Shown here one piece after another: positions 19,885 to 30,429 of a stretch of 64,000 nucleotides of DNA. Every line of letters starts with the position of its first letter. The stretch's first letter is position 1. Source of the stretch: Nostoc sp. DedSLP01 (GTDB lineage: Bacteria; Cyanobacteriota; Cyanobacteriia; Cyanobacteriales; Nostocaceae); the NCBI GenBank assembly GCA_034530875.2, contig JAVRCJ020000027.1, forward strand, positions 42,328 through 106,327, in the 5' to 3' direction. The notes below the pieces were generated by a model that saw nothing but the letters and a program-made list of their open reading frames with translations, did no database searches and was not told the DNA's origin. The position numbers were made by a program, and so were the translations under genes.

Positions 19885-20222
19885 ACTGCATTTACTACAA
19901 AATGACCTAAAATTTCTACAGGTAAAGCCTTTGCTTGTGTGAGAGTTAGCAGAGGATTTGCTAACCTTAGCATCCTATCACATTCGCTAGTCCTAATATT
20001 CTAACTAAATTGCTTTTCTTATATCTCTTCTTTGCAATGCAAATATTTTACTAAATATATTCAAAAAACTATGTATCAAAAATTATAATTAGCCTCCATT
20101 AAATAGTATAATTATTTATTTAAACTACCTTTAGTAATCACAACAACAAACAATATAAAAATCGTCTAATTTTAACGATGGGGATTTCTGTTTTCCCGTT
20201 TAAAATTTAACAATCTGCTTTT

Positions 20223-21332
20223 TTACTTTTGTTCGGTATCAGTATTATCAAGTACAAGGTACTTGCTATTTTCTTGCCGTAACCGAGCATCTTCATCGTT
20301 GTAAAAGAAGGACAACAGAACAAACCGCTGCCCACTGATGACAGGGGTAGCCTCATGTAGTAACGAGCAAGAAAAAATCACTGCTTCTCCAACATTTGGA
20401 GTATAAAGCTGAAGTCCATACTCTGGAAACCGCAAATCACCGCCTTTATAAGCACCCGTATTCAAATTTAATGACATAGCAAACCGTCGGTGAGCAGTGC
20501 CTTTGGTAGTATTATCGCGGTGACGATTAAAAAAGCCTTTATCGTTTGCTTCGTAACAAGATACTAGATAACGCTCAAAGCGAGTGATTGGAAATTGAAA
20601 AGCCTTCTCAATTTCTGGTTTCACTCGCCGCATAATAATATTATTTATATGCTTTAATAGTTCAGGTTCAGAAACTAAATAGTCTCGACGTTTTTTAAAT
20701 TCATAGTCATAAACTGCAACTGTTTTACCATCAATTTGTCGCATAAAACCAGAATCTTCACCGCCATCTGCTTCGTACAAATTAATTAAATGTTGGCAAA
20801 AACTTGGTTCTAGAACATTGGGTATAAATAAAACAGGTGCTTGTCTGGCTGCTGGAATATTTTCGGCGATCGGAGGTAAGTTTTGAATGAACTCAAACAC
20901 TTCCTGACAAGGATTAGTAGTAGCTGAGATTGGCAAAACTTTGATGATTCGTAAATTTTCATCCAATACAAAAATTGTTGGTCTGTATTCGAGTTCGTTA
21001 CTCCCCTGATTTTTCAGCCTACAAGTACCGTATTGAAAGCTAACTTTACGTTCAAAATCCCAAAGAAATTTAAAATAGGTTTTATTCTGTATTAACTCCG
21101 CCAAAAAACTATCATCTGTGTCTATACTCACACCAAAAAATGGTACTTGATACTCAGCCAAATCTTCTTGTCGGTTGGAGAATTCATCGATAATCTGACG
21201 AATATATGTGTTTTTTGAACTTCCGAAAAAAAACAAAATACTACGGTATCCGCCAATGGAGTTAAAGTGAAAATTGGGGTTTGAGTTTGAGGGAAGAATG
21301 AACCAGGGAATCGGATCGCCAACAGTAAGCAT
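20223..21332 (-). CDS. AhpC/TSA-like + 2OG-Fe(II) oxygenase fusion
   Basis: N-terminal GDPIPWF...GVSID...PTIFVLD; C-terminal HRD...LLHEATPV...R. Confidence 0.85.
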   Translation of the reverse strand: MLTVGDPIPWFILPSNSNPNFHFNSIGGYRSILFFFGSSKNTYIRQIIDEFSNRQEDLAEYQVPFFGVSIDTDDSFLAELIQNKTYFKFLWDFERKVSFQYGTCRLKNQGSNELEYRPTIFVLDENLRIIKVLPISATTNPCQEVFEFIQNLPPIAENIPAARQAPVLFIPNVLEPSFCQHLINLYEADGGEDSGFMRQIDGKTVAVYDYEFKKRRDYLVSEPELLKHINNIIMRRVKPEIEKAFQFPITRFERYLVSCYEANDKGFFNRHRDNTTKGTAHRRFAMSLNLNTGAYKGGDLRFPEYGLQLYTPNVGEAVIFSCSLLHEATPVISGQRFVLLSFFYNDEDARLRQENSKYLVLDNTDTEQK

Positions 21333-21445
21333 AAGATATCAATTTATATTTATATGATAATTTAGTTTGGACAGCGTACTGACCTTTTAAGGCTACAACG
21401 GTATATTAAAAATCTCCGGAAAATTCCAGCAACACATCCTTGGCT

Positions 21446-21510
21446 GAAGACGCGATGAATGGCGTCTCTACAAATGCTCTATTTGTTGCATTCTTTTTTC
21501 AAATTGGTAT
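21446..21510 (-). mobile_element. MITE half (ATACCAATT family) with GTAG hairpin
   Basis: Reverse complement nearly identical to 57022-57131 once the 45-nt insert is removed. Confidence 0.75.
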
Positions 21511-21590
21511 TATCTAGCTTATTGTCCCATACAGATTTTAGATACGCTCTTTATCTTTTACATCTTTTAAATTAGTAAATGTTCCTGAGG

Positions 21591-22595
21591 TTAATAGCTT
21601 GGTATTACTCTGCCAAAGCTACGATCGCCATTAATCTCAATTACTAAATCAACCGCTGTTACATCTTTTACTAACGGTTTGATGAATAATTCCGGGTGAA
21701 GCGATCGCCAAAAATAATTGACAAATTGCTCTATTTCTGCATTGCTCATTCCCGATTTACCCGCAGCAATCATCTGTTGTTCCGCCTGTTTTCGCCATTC
21801 CAAAGAACAGCGATAATCGCTGGGATACAACACAACTAAGTTGTCTAATCGCTCCCACAGTGGCAGATAATCCTGGAGGCGAAGATTCATATCGCGGGCA
21901 AATGCTTTATCTTCGTCTGTAATAATTGGCGGTGGTGCAGTATCAAATATATCTGGGTCGAGTGGGCGCACGCCCACAAACCAACCTTCAAATAGTACTA
22001 TATCTATATTCGTAAGGATTTCTGGATTAGTGCGATCGCCAGCGCCTTTATGTGCAGATTTATCAAACCGGGGAACTAGAACAGGGCTTTGGCAATCGCG
22101 GATTCGATCTAGGACATTTAAACCTAAGTCGATATCATGGGTTCCTGGAGGCCCGCGCCAAATCAACCGGGGATCTTGCTGTGTTAACAGTAAGCGATCG
22201 CTGTAAGTTTTATATAAGTCATCCAAAGACAAACTCACAGTCCGGTATCCCAACTGCTGGAGAATCAAGCTGAGAACTTTGCACATTGTGGTTTTTCCAG
22301 TCCCTTGTACTCCTAAAATGCCTTGAATTAAAGGGCGTCCCAACTCTTGGCGTCTCGATGCGAGTTCGATCCCCAAAGGTAACCACAAGTCCCACAAAAC
22401 TTGTAACATCTCCTTAGGTTCTTTTTGCAGAGTAGTTTGGCAGAACTCGTTAAAAGCTGGCAAAACAGATTTTAGTAAATGCGATCGCTTTTCTATCGCC
22501 TCATCGACATTTTCCGGCGTGATTCCAAAAGCCTTCGCCCTCAACCCATCTGCTAACGCCGCTTCTCTTGCTTCCCCATCTCCCGATTTCCCCAT
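21591..22595 (-). CDS. Plant/cyanobacterial-type D-glycerate 3-kinase
   Basis: GVQGTGKT, LSLDDLY, RGPPGTHD, PRFDKS, FEGWFVG; start lies in an STRR tract and is uncertain. Confidence 0.85.
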   Translation of the reverse strand: MGKSGDGEAREAALADGLRAKAFGITPENVDEAIEKRSHLLKSVLPAFNEFCQTTLQKEPKEMLQVLWDLWLPLGIELASRRQELGRPLIQGILGVQGTGKTTMCKVLSLILQQLGYRTVSLSLDDLYKTYSDRLLLTQQDPRLIWRGPPGTHDIDLGLNVLDRIRDCQSPVLVPRFDKSAHKGAGDRTNPEILTNIDIVLFEGWFVGVRPLDPDIFDTAPPPIITDEDKAFARDMNLRLQDYLPLWERLDNLVVLYPSDYRCSLEWRKQAEQQMIAAGKSGMSNAEIEQFVNYFWRSLHPELFIKPLVKDVTAVDLVIEINGDRSFGRVIPSY

Positions 22596-22619
22596 CTCCC
22601 TATCTCCCCATCTCCCATC

Positions 22620-22952
22620 CTACGATCCCAGCTTAAAGGCTTCGAGAAACAGGCTGTAGGTGAAGCCAACTTTCAGAAGATTTAATGAGTCTACCAACAG
22701 CGATCGCCTGGTGAAAAAAGGCTGGCGGTAGAATATTCTGCTAGTAATTTCTGTCAATACTACTAAAAAACCAGCTACTACAATATCTAATTCTGCCCGT
22801 TGACCGGCTGTCGTGGAAGCTGCGTTTCCCAGAAAAAAACCGAATAAAAAACTAATTATCAGCAACGATATTCGCCGCCAAGGGTTAAGAAACCATTGTG
22901 CCAACTGTCTAGCAATGGCATCGAACAAATTATTAAGACGAGTGTTTTGCAT
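22620..22952 (-). CDS. ycf20: Ycf20/DUF565 membrane protein
   Basis: MQNTRL, NPWRR, C-terminal EAFKLGS. Confidence 0.88.
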   Translation of the reverse strand: MQNTRLNNLFDAIARQLAQWFLNPWRRISLLIISFLFGFFLGNAASTTAGQRAELDIVVAGFLVVLTEITSRIFYRQPFFTRRSLLVDSLNLLKVGFTYSLFLEAFKLGS

Positions 22953-23518
22953 TAAAGGGACTTTTGGGAAAAAGTCAACATCTCTTGAAATATATCAATA
23001 TTTAAATCCAGGAAATTGGTTTTAGCATCAGCTTATTTGTTAATATTATAGATATCCACTGGGCTTCCAGTGTCTATTCAAATTTTTTGTATATTTTATC
23101 ATCTTCACGGAAGTACAGAGCCTCTTCAAAGGCTACATTTCCACATACAAGATGAAACATACCACCTAGATTTATCTCAGGTTTGGCAATTTGCGCTTTG
23201 TTAAGGCCGCCAGCGGTTTGACGAAAGCTCATTGCTTGATACAAATGTATTTCCTGATTAAGTATCTAATTTTATTTTTTTATGGAAGCTTACGGACAAA
23301 AACCAAGCAATAGGTCTCTACAACCTTTATTAGGCAAACACGAAAGGAACTGTTTCCTGCCAATGTTTGTCACTTGAAATGATATTTTTCATACATTCCT
23401 CACTATAATCTGAGGAAAATCTATATTAGGCTACTTTCGACGATCGCCCTTTTATGATATCGGGCTATTATTTGGTCAAGCCTAGACAAATATTTATTTC
23501 TAATAACTATTAATCAAT

Positions 23519-24151
23519 ATGAAAACTTCAGTGTATCGTAACCTTGGTGTTACAGCTTGTTGTTTGGGACTGCTTGTTGCTCTGGTGGGATGCTTGGGAG
23601 TGAGTGTATCGTTTGAGCCCGCAAACCCAGATACATCATCAGAACCGCTATCCAATAATTCTGAGTGGAATATAGCTTCATCCACACCGATGTCAGCTAG
23701 AAACAGTATCTCCACTAGTAACCTGTCACCTGTAGCAACGAACCAAAGCGATCGAGTAGAAAATACCAATCAAGATAAAACTTATCCTGTCTTAGCAAAT
23801 CGCGATCGCTCAACTACCAAAGTCAAAGAACAAGGAACTTTGCGGATGAGCAATCACACTAACCAACCTGTACGGTTAGCTTTACTAGCGCGATCTGTAG
23901 CAAAAGGCTCTAGTGGAAAGACTAAATACGATCTCCCAGCACATTGGGATTTTGCTCCCCAAGAAGGTAGTGAAAAGGGGCTGGTATTATCTCTACCTCA
24001 GAATAATTTGAAAATAGAGAAGGGAGATATTTTAGTTGCCTTTGCACAAGATGGTTCCCGTCGTTACTGGGGCCCTTATGTTGTTGGAGAAACTCAACAA
24101 CCTAAATGGGATCCCCAAAGCAAAGAATGGCAATTAATAGTGACACCATAG
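23519..24151 (+). CDS. Hypothetical exported protein
   Basis: Hydrophobic N-terminus; HWDFAP and RRYWGPYVVG domain. Confidence 0.8.
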   Translation: MKTSVYRNLGVTACCLGLLVALVGCLGVSVSFEPANPDTSSEPLSNNSEWNIASSTPMSARNSISTSNLSPVATNQSDRVENTNQDKTYPVLANRDRSTTKVKEQGTLRMSNHTNQPVRLALLARSVAKGSSGKTKYDLPAHWDFAPQEGSEKGLVLSLPQNNLKIEKGDILVAFAQDGSRRYWGPYVVGETQQPKWDPQSKEWQLIVTP

Positions 24152-24298
24152 GTATGGGGCATCGGGCAAGCAGGGAGTGTGGGAGGTGTGGGAGGAGGGA
24201 GAAGCATAAATTCTCATTCCCCCCACACTCCCCCATCCTTCATTCCCCCCTCTCTCCCCACACTCCCCACACTTCTCCATCTCCTCATCTCCTCCAAC
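24152..24298. repeat. STRR-derived G-rich/C-rich inverted tract
   Basis: GTGTGGGAG units followed by CCCCACACT units. Confidence 0.75.
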
Positions 24299-24418
24299 TT
24301 GACCTTAAACACTTATAATTAAGTTTGCTCAATCACTTATTCAGCAGTTGGTTTTTTGAATAAGAACAAAACATAGACAAGCAACGACTATTCACTAGTA
24401 ATTGTTGACTATTGACTA

Positions 24419-26395
24419 ATGAGAATGAAATTGAGTGTTAAAGGCACTGTCGATCGCTGGTTCAACAAAATAGGGAAGAATCCAACCTTGAGTTTAACGC
24501 TGTCGATTATTGGGTTGATAGCGATCGGCTGGATAGCTTTTGGGTGGAATTTAGGCAACATTGGTTTGATTGATGAAACAGAACCGCTGTTTGCAGAAGC
24601 TTCCCGCCAGATGTTTATTACAGGTGATTGGATCACCCCATTTTTTAATGGTGACACTCGTTTCGATAAACCTGCTTTGATTTACTGGTGTCAGGCGATC
24701 GCTTATGCAATTATTGGAGTCAATGAGTGGGCTGTACGCCTTCCTTCTGCGATCGCTGCATTCGGCTTAATTTGTTTAGCTTTTTATACTGTGTATTGGT
24801 ATTTAACTAAACAAGACGAATTAGAGCAAGTTTCACGTCCTACTCGCCGCTACTTAATATCTTTTTTGACAGCGGCACTCATGGCACTCAATGGCGAAAC
24901 AATTATTTGGGCAAGAACTGGTGTCTCTGACATGTTGCTTACCGGTTGCATAGCCTCAGCTTTGTTGTGTTTCTTTCTGGGGTATGCAAAGGAAGGGACT
25001 GGGGACTGGGGACTGGGGAGATGGGGAGATGGGGAAGTGTGGGGAGAGAGGAGGGAAAGATTTCTTCCCACACCTCCCACACCTCCCACGCCTCCTGCTT
25101 CCCCAATGCCCAATAACTGGTACTTAGCTTTTTATGTGCTAATTGCAGGTGGTATTTTAACTAAAGGCCCAGTAGGAATTGTCTTGCCAGGGCTAATTGT
25201 TGTCGCCTTTTTGCTTTACGTGGGCAAGCTATGGCAGGTATTGCGGGAAATGCGCCCGCTTGTAGGCATACTGGTAATTTTTGGGTTATCAGTACCCTGG
25301 TATGCGTTAGTGATTTGGCGCAATGGCTGGAATTATATTAATGCTTTTTTTGGTTATCACAACTTAGAACGGTTTACAGAAGTAGTTAATGGTCACTCAG
25401 CACCTTGGTATTTTTACTTTGTAATAGTGTTACTGGGCTTTGCGCCATACTCAGTGTATTTACCAGTTGCAATATTTAGGCTGAAATTTTGGCAGCGATC
25501 GCGCTGGCTTTCTCAACCACGTTTTCAGCAATTGAGCTTATTTGCTTGGTTCTGGTTTGCTGGTGTCTTTGGCTTTTTTACCATTGCTGTCACCAAACTT
25601 CCCAGCTACGTATTGCCTCTCATGCCAGCCGCCGCAATCCTCGTGGCGCTTTTGTGGAGCGACCTTTTTTCAGGAACGAAGAAAGAAGACACACAGACGC
25701 CTAAACACACAGACGCGGAGAGTGATTTACCCGCGTCGCTGCGTCTCCACGTCTTCGCGTCCTCCCTATTCTGGACTGGGTGGGTGAATGTAGTATTTTT
25801 ATCAGTTCTGGCAACTGCACTTTTTAACATCACTCAAATATTAGGTAGCGATCCCGCCATCACTAACTTCCACGAACTAATTAAACAATCTGGTTTACCA
25901 GCGATCGGCGGTGCAATTTGGCTGCTTTGCGCTGTTTTGGTCGCGGGTTTAGTATTGAGTCGGCGCTGGAATTATATCATCAGTATGAATTTACTGGGAT
26001 TTGTAGCGTTTTTAATTTTTGTTCTCACCCCTGCTTCATTCTTTATCGATCGCGAACGTCAATTACCTTTAAGAGAGTTATCTGCAACTATACAGCAGGT
26101 GAGAAAACCAAATGAAGAACTGGTGATGCTCGGCTTTAAAAAGCCAAGTGTAGTATTTTATAGTCAAACTCACGTTAATTATTTCAGATTTCCCCAAGAA
26201 GCTCTAGAACATCTTCAAAACCAAACAGCAAAAGCAGTAGAACCTCCTTCATTACTGCTTTTGGCTGAGCAGAAAAAGCTTCTGCAAATGGATTTACAGC
26301 CAGATGATTACAAGAGTTTATCCACCAGAGGCGCTTATAATTTGATTCGCATTCCTTTCTTTAAAAAGAAAAAGGAAAAAATGGACATATCATAA
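24419..26395 (+). CDS. ArnT/PMT-like (GT-C) membrane glycosyltransferase
   Basis: DETEPLF, RFDKPALIYW, RLPSA, LTKGPVG, TKLPSYVLP; many TM helices. Confidence 0.9.
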   Translation: MRMKLSVKGTVDRWFNKIGKNPTLSLTLSIIGLIAIGWIAFGWNLGNIGLIDETEPLFAEASRQMFITGDWITPFFNGDTRFDKPALIYWCQAIAYAIIGVNEWAVRLPSAIAAFGLICLAFYTVYWYLTKQDELEQVSRPTRRYLISFLTAALMALNGETIIWARTGVSDMLLTGCIASALLCFFLGYAKEGTGDWGLGRWGDGEVWGERRERFLPTPPTPPTPPASPMPNNWYLAFYVLIAGGILTKGPVGIVLPGLIVVAFLLYVGKLWQVLREMRPLVGILVIFGLSVPWYALVIWRNGWNYINAFFGYHNLERFTEVVNGHSAPWYFYFVIVLLGFAPYSVYLPVAIFRLKFWQRSRWLSQPRFQQLSLFAWFWFAGVFGFFTIAVTKLPSYVLPLMPAAAILVALLWSDLFSGTKKEDTQTPKHTDAESDLPASLRLHVFASSLFWTGWVNVVFLSVLATALFNITQILGSDPAITNFHELIKQSGLPAIGGAIWLLCAVLVAGLVLSRRWNYIISMNLLGFVAFLIFVLTPASFFIDRERQLPLRELSATIQQVRKPNEELVMLGFKKPSVVFYSQTHVNYFRFPQEALEHLQNQTAKAVEPPSLLLLAEQKKLLQMDLQPDDYKSLSTRGAYNLIRIPFFKKKKEKMDIS

Positions 26396-26469
26396 AACCG
26401 TTAAATTGTTATTAGTCCTTTCTCCTTTCCTAATCACTAATGACCAATGACCAATAACTAATGACTACA

Positions 26470-29400
26470 TCAACATTTTTCATTTTGACCTTTGACAGCT
26501 AAAGCTTGATTAATTTGATTTAATAACTCTTCCATTGAAATCGATCGCGGTAATATTTGGGTAGCAAATGCACGCACAATACTTTCTATCGATTCCAAAG
26601 CATTTTTCTTTTGCTTATCGATTTCCTTGTAATTTCCCGCATTTGCAGAAATAGTTTCTGGATGATTCAATGGCTGGTTGAGTACTAAAATTGGCGGTAA
26701 TTGTAAGGGTGACTCTCCCAAAGTTTTCAATGCTTTGAGTACATCTTTATGAATAGCGAATTCCCCTAAACAAATTAGTAATAAATCAACGCTTTGGTGA
26801 CGAATTTGTTGTAAAACTTCCGCCCAACAAGGACTCATCGCTGCTTTAAAGCCTGCTGTTTGTAAGTATTGAATTAAAGCTTGGAACCATTCAGACCCTC
26901 GTTCGGAAGTTTCACTAGTGATGGAGCAATTTTTTTCTGTACGATAACCTTTAGCTTGCTTGCGCCTTGCTTGTGGTAAATCCCGCAGGGTAGCCAAATC
27001 CACTACTAAGATGTTGGGAGGGCAGCAAATACCAGAAGCAATTTGCAGTACTGATAGTAAAGCATCTGTTTTCTCGGTGGGAGTGTTGCTGTCTTTTCCA
27101 AATGGTGTTAAGTAAGGAAATACAGATAATCCCGGTATTTGTGACGCTTTTAAGGTGGTTGCGACATCGCAAGTCACCAACGGTATGGCCGCTAAACGTG
27201 GGTGTTGAATTAGTTGTTGTAAATAAGTTTGGGCGGTAGTGCCATCTACATCAAGCAAAATGACATCAAATTGCCACACCCGCGCCAAGAGTTCTGCCTG
27301 GTCTAAGTCATCAACTTCAATCACTCGATGTTCTCGCAGTGAAGAATGAGAATTGACTGGTTCCAATTCAGGATTCACCAACCTGAGAATTCGCAGTGGT
27401 GTCTTAGCTGCCAAACTCGCATTATTATCTGGACTTACCTGCAAAACTTCTTGCGGAGTACATAGTTTTTCTAACAGCGGTGTCAAGACCTGATGTTCTA
27501 CTGGCAAGCTTAAGAAACCATCGGCTCGGTTAGCAAATGCTTGCTCTTTTTCTGCTGCTGTTGCCGTGAGAATTACCGATATATGACGAGTTGCGGCGTC
27601 AGATTTCAGCAAAGTCAGCACATCCCAGCCTGAAAGCAAGGGTAGTAAGGGATTGAGAAATATCGCTATTGGTTGCAAGCGCCGAGCTTTTTCTACCGCT
27701 TCTGTCCCCGATCGCGCAATCACTACGCGATATCCTAAACTTTTGAGTTGTTCGGTCAAATCTTCAATATATCGGGCTACTGCTTCGACTACTAAGACTA
27801 ACCGCTGGGAACTCGTAGTATGATACTGCGGGGAAGCGACTTGCTGAAGACCTGCTGCGAGAATTTCTGGTGTCTGTTGCTGTAGTTTGGGGCTGTCTTC
27901 TGTGGTTTCGAGATCTGGTTCTGCAAAACCCGCTTTTGGAGGACTGGGTGGTAGTAGGAGGGTAAACTGACTGCCTTTACCTTCACGAGATAAAAAGCTG
28001 ACATCTCCTCCATGCAGACGAGCCAAGGCGCGAGTTAATACCAGCCCCAAACCCGTGCCTTCAAATTGCCGAGTCAGAGGATTTTCTAGTTGTTGAAATT
28101 TCTGAAAGATTAAATGTTGCTGGTGTTCGGGAATGCCAATTCCGGTGTCCCAGACTGTAAAAGCAACCCATCCTTCCCAACGACTCACCCGCAGTCCAAT
28201 TTCCCCTGATACTTCTGTGAATTTAAAAGCATTGGAAAGTAGATGAATCAGCATCTGCCGCAGGCGTAATTCATCAGCAACGATTTTGTCTAAACCTGGT
28301 TCAATGCAAAGGCTGAATTGGGGAGCGACTGCACGTGTATTTTGAGTTGGGGATGTAACTACTTTGCTGCTTTGAGTGTGAATGCCTTTAGCCTCAGATA
28401 AAGCGCGATCGCACACTGCCCGAATTTTGACTGGGGCGAGTGTCAGCTCCATTTGTCCCGTTTCCATCCTGGTCAAATCTAAAATGTCATTGACCACACT
28501 CATCAGATGGCGTCCGCTTTGATGAATTAGTCCGGCATAACGGGCTTGACGTTCGTTGAGTTCTCCCAACTGCTGATCTACTAACAACCGGGATAATCCT
28601 AAAACAGCAGTTAGAGGAGTTTTCAGTTCGTGGCTAATACAAGCTAAAAACTCATCTTTCAAGCGATTTAGTTGAATTAAATCGGCATTCTTGGCTGCGA
28701 GTTCTTTGCAAAGCTGTTGCTGTTCGGTGACGTCAGTCGCCAACACTAACCACAGATCGGTATTGAGTGCCATCTCTGATTCAGCACTCATAACTTTCAA
28801 CTCTGGACTATCCAAAGGAATTTTGGCAAATTGCCAAATTCGTTCTTGACCGTTTTGCACTTCGACAACGCAAGTACAAGTACCTAGTTGACTGTCCAAA
28901 AAGCAACGACTGGATGTCGTTTCTGGAGTTGTTGGTTGTTCTCTGAGGTTGTTCAAATTAGACAAGCCCGATTGAGACGTAGCTTCACCCCTAACCAATA
29001 TCCGTGGCGTTGGTTGTTCTTCCTCACCATTGGGATGAACTTTGATCCCTCGTTGCTTGATGTATTCTGGCTTCATGGCACGCACGGGGGTAAGTATTGC
29101 CTCCACCTGCTGCCTGACTCCTTCTGGGTCTTTTAAAACTCCTAATTGCTGCCACCAAGCTGGATTTTTGGCTACTACCTCGCCAGTACCGGTTTCTAAC
29201 ATCAAAGGCCAAGGCAGTGTTTCCAGCAACTTCACCAGTGGCTTCTCTAGCAATGGCTTTGGTTGATGTGGCGTCTGTGCTTGGGAGCGAGCTGGCACGG
29301 GATTATAAACATGGGGATCCTCGCTAGAAATAGCCTTTGGAGCTATTTTTTCTTTAGCCAGCGATCGCAACAAGCGTGGAGTATCTACCAGACCCAAATA

Positions 29401-29772
29401 TTTGCCGTCGGCATCAATCAACGCCCAATCCAAATTTGGCGATTTTTGGGCTTCTTGCTCCAATAAACGCCAGCTTAGTTGCTCTACGCGCTCAGAAACT
29501 GGTATTGTCTGTATTGGGTCCATGAGACCTCGACCCCAGATAGAGACTGATTGCTGTAAATTTAAACTTTTATCGTCACTATGACTTAATAATTTTTGGA
29601 TTAAACGTACAGAGGACAGCAATCCGATGGGGTATTGCTGTTGGTTCACTACTACCAAGCGATCGCACTGCTGTTTCTCAAAAATCTCCAGCACCGCCGC
29701 CAGGGTCGTTGTTTGGGGGCAGCTAGGTACGGTTGCTTGAAAGTCATAAAGCGGATAATCTAGCATTGACAT
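26470..29772 (-). CDS. Hybrid sensor histidine kinase (CBS-like N-terminus, HisKA, HATPase, degenerate receivers)
   Basis: SHELKTPL, LLSNAFKF, DTGIGI, GTGLGL; start uncertain (29772 chosen; ORF open to 29874). Confidence 0.9.
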   Translation of the reverse strand: MSMLDYPLYDFQATVPSCPQTTTLAAVLEIFEKQQCDRLVVVNQQQYPIGLLSSVRLIQKLLSHSDDKSLNLQQSVSIWGRGLMDPIQTIPVSERVEQLSWRLLEQEAQKSPNLDWALIDADGKYLGLVDTPRLLRSLAKEKIAPKAISSEDPHVYNPVPARSQAQTPHQPKPLLEKPLVKLLETLPWPLMLETGTGEVVAKNPAWWQQLGVLKDPEGVRQQVEAILTPVRAMKPEYIKQRGIKVHPNGEEEQPTPRILVRGEATSQSGLSNLNNLREQPTTPETTSSRCFLDSQLGTCTCVVEVQNGQERIWQFAKIPLDSPELKVMSAESEMALNTDLWLVLATDVTEQQQLCKELAAKNADLIQLNRLKDEFLACISHELKTPLTAVLGLSRLLVDQQLGELNERQARYAGLIHQSGRHLMSVVNDILDLTRMETGQMELTLAPVKIRAVCDRALSEAKGIHTQSSKVVTSPTQNTRAVAPQFSLCIEPGLDKIVADELRLRQMLIHLLSNAFKFTEVSGEIGLRVSRWEGWVAFTVWDTGIGIPEHQQHLIFQKFQQLENPLTRQFEGTGLGLVLTRALARLHGGDVSFLSREGKGSQFTLLLPPSPPKAGFAEPDLETTEDSPKLQQQTPEILAAGLQQVASPQYHTTSSQRLVLVVEAVARYIEDLTEQLKSLGYRVVIARSGTEAVEKARRLQPIAIFLNPLLPLLSGWDVLTLLKSDAATRHISVILTATAAEKEQAFANRADGFLSLPVEHQVLTPLLEKLCTPQEVLQVSPDNNASLAAKTPLRILRLVNPELEPVNSHSSLREHRVIEVDDLDQAELLARVWQFDVILLDVDGTTAQTYLQQLIQHPRLAAIPLVTCDVATTLKASQIPGLSVFPYLTPFGKDSNTPTEKTDALLSVLQIASGICCPPNILVVDLATLRDLPQARRKQAKGYRTEKNCSITSETSERGSEWFQALIQYLQTAGFKAAMSPCWAEVLQQIRHQSVDLLLICLGEFAIHKDVLKALKTLGESPLQLPPILVLNQPLNHPETISANAGNYKEIDKQKKNALESIESIVRAFATQILPRSISMEELLNQINQALAVKGQNEKC

Positions 29773-30429
29773 AAGGCTTTGGGGGTGATTCTTCCTGCGG
29801 AAACCTCCGGCATTCCCATCTGCCAGTTGCCGATGTTCTTTAAGCCTGAAGCCATATCCTCTCAGAAGACTCATATAAGCAATTTTTTAGTTAGGATTTC
29901 AACGCCATTCAAACAATGGGACTTGCACTCACGGACACCTGCTGGCGTCCTACCTTGAAAACACAGGCAACGTTTCTTTTTAGTGCTCCTCATTTCTAGC
30001 AAATAGCTTCACCAGCCTCTTACTGGTATTTAAACTCCTCATCGATAGCCACGGCTAAAACAATTATGGCGTCAAAGATTCGCTTTAGAACCTTGAGGAA
30101 TTATAATGATTTAGAATGCGACAATCCTTTAAGTTCGTTTAAGTATCTTATCAAGGAGCAAAATAAAAAAGTCTATCTATCTCTATACATAGATATGCAC
30201 ATACAAATAATAAATTGTCGATACATACCTCATCTCAAATTTACTAAGTTTTACCACTCGCTACACCAAGTTGTTGAGTGGCTATAACTAGCTCTTAACA
30301 CAGAATGTTCTTTTGGGGTGGAACCACAAGTTTACTGCACACCCAGTATTTATCCTAGAAGTGTTTGCCATATATAGAATCAGCCCGCGCTTCTTGGTCA
30401 AGCCGATCGCGTAGATAGATAGACAATAA

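Noticed and set aside
24106..24318. Small ORFs at 24106-24318, 35523-35711 and 48568-48792
   Set aside because: Low-complexity translations of intergenic repeats
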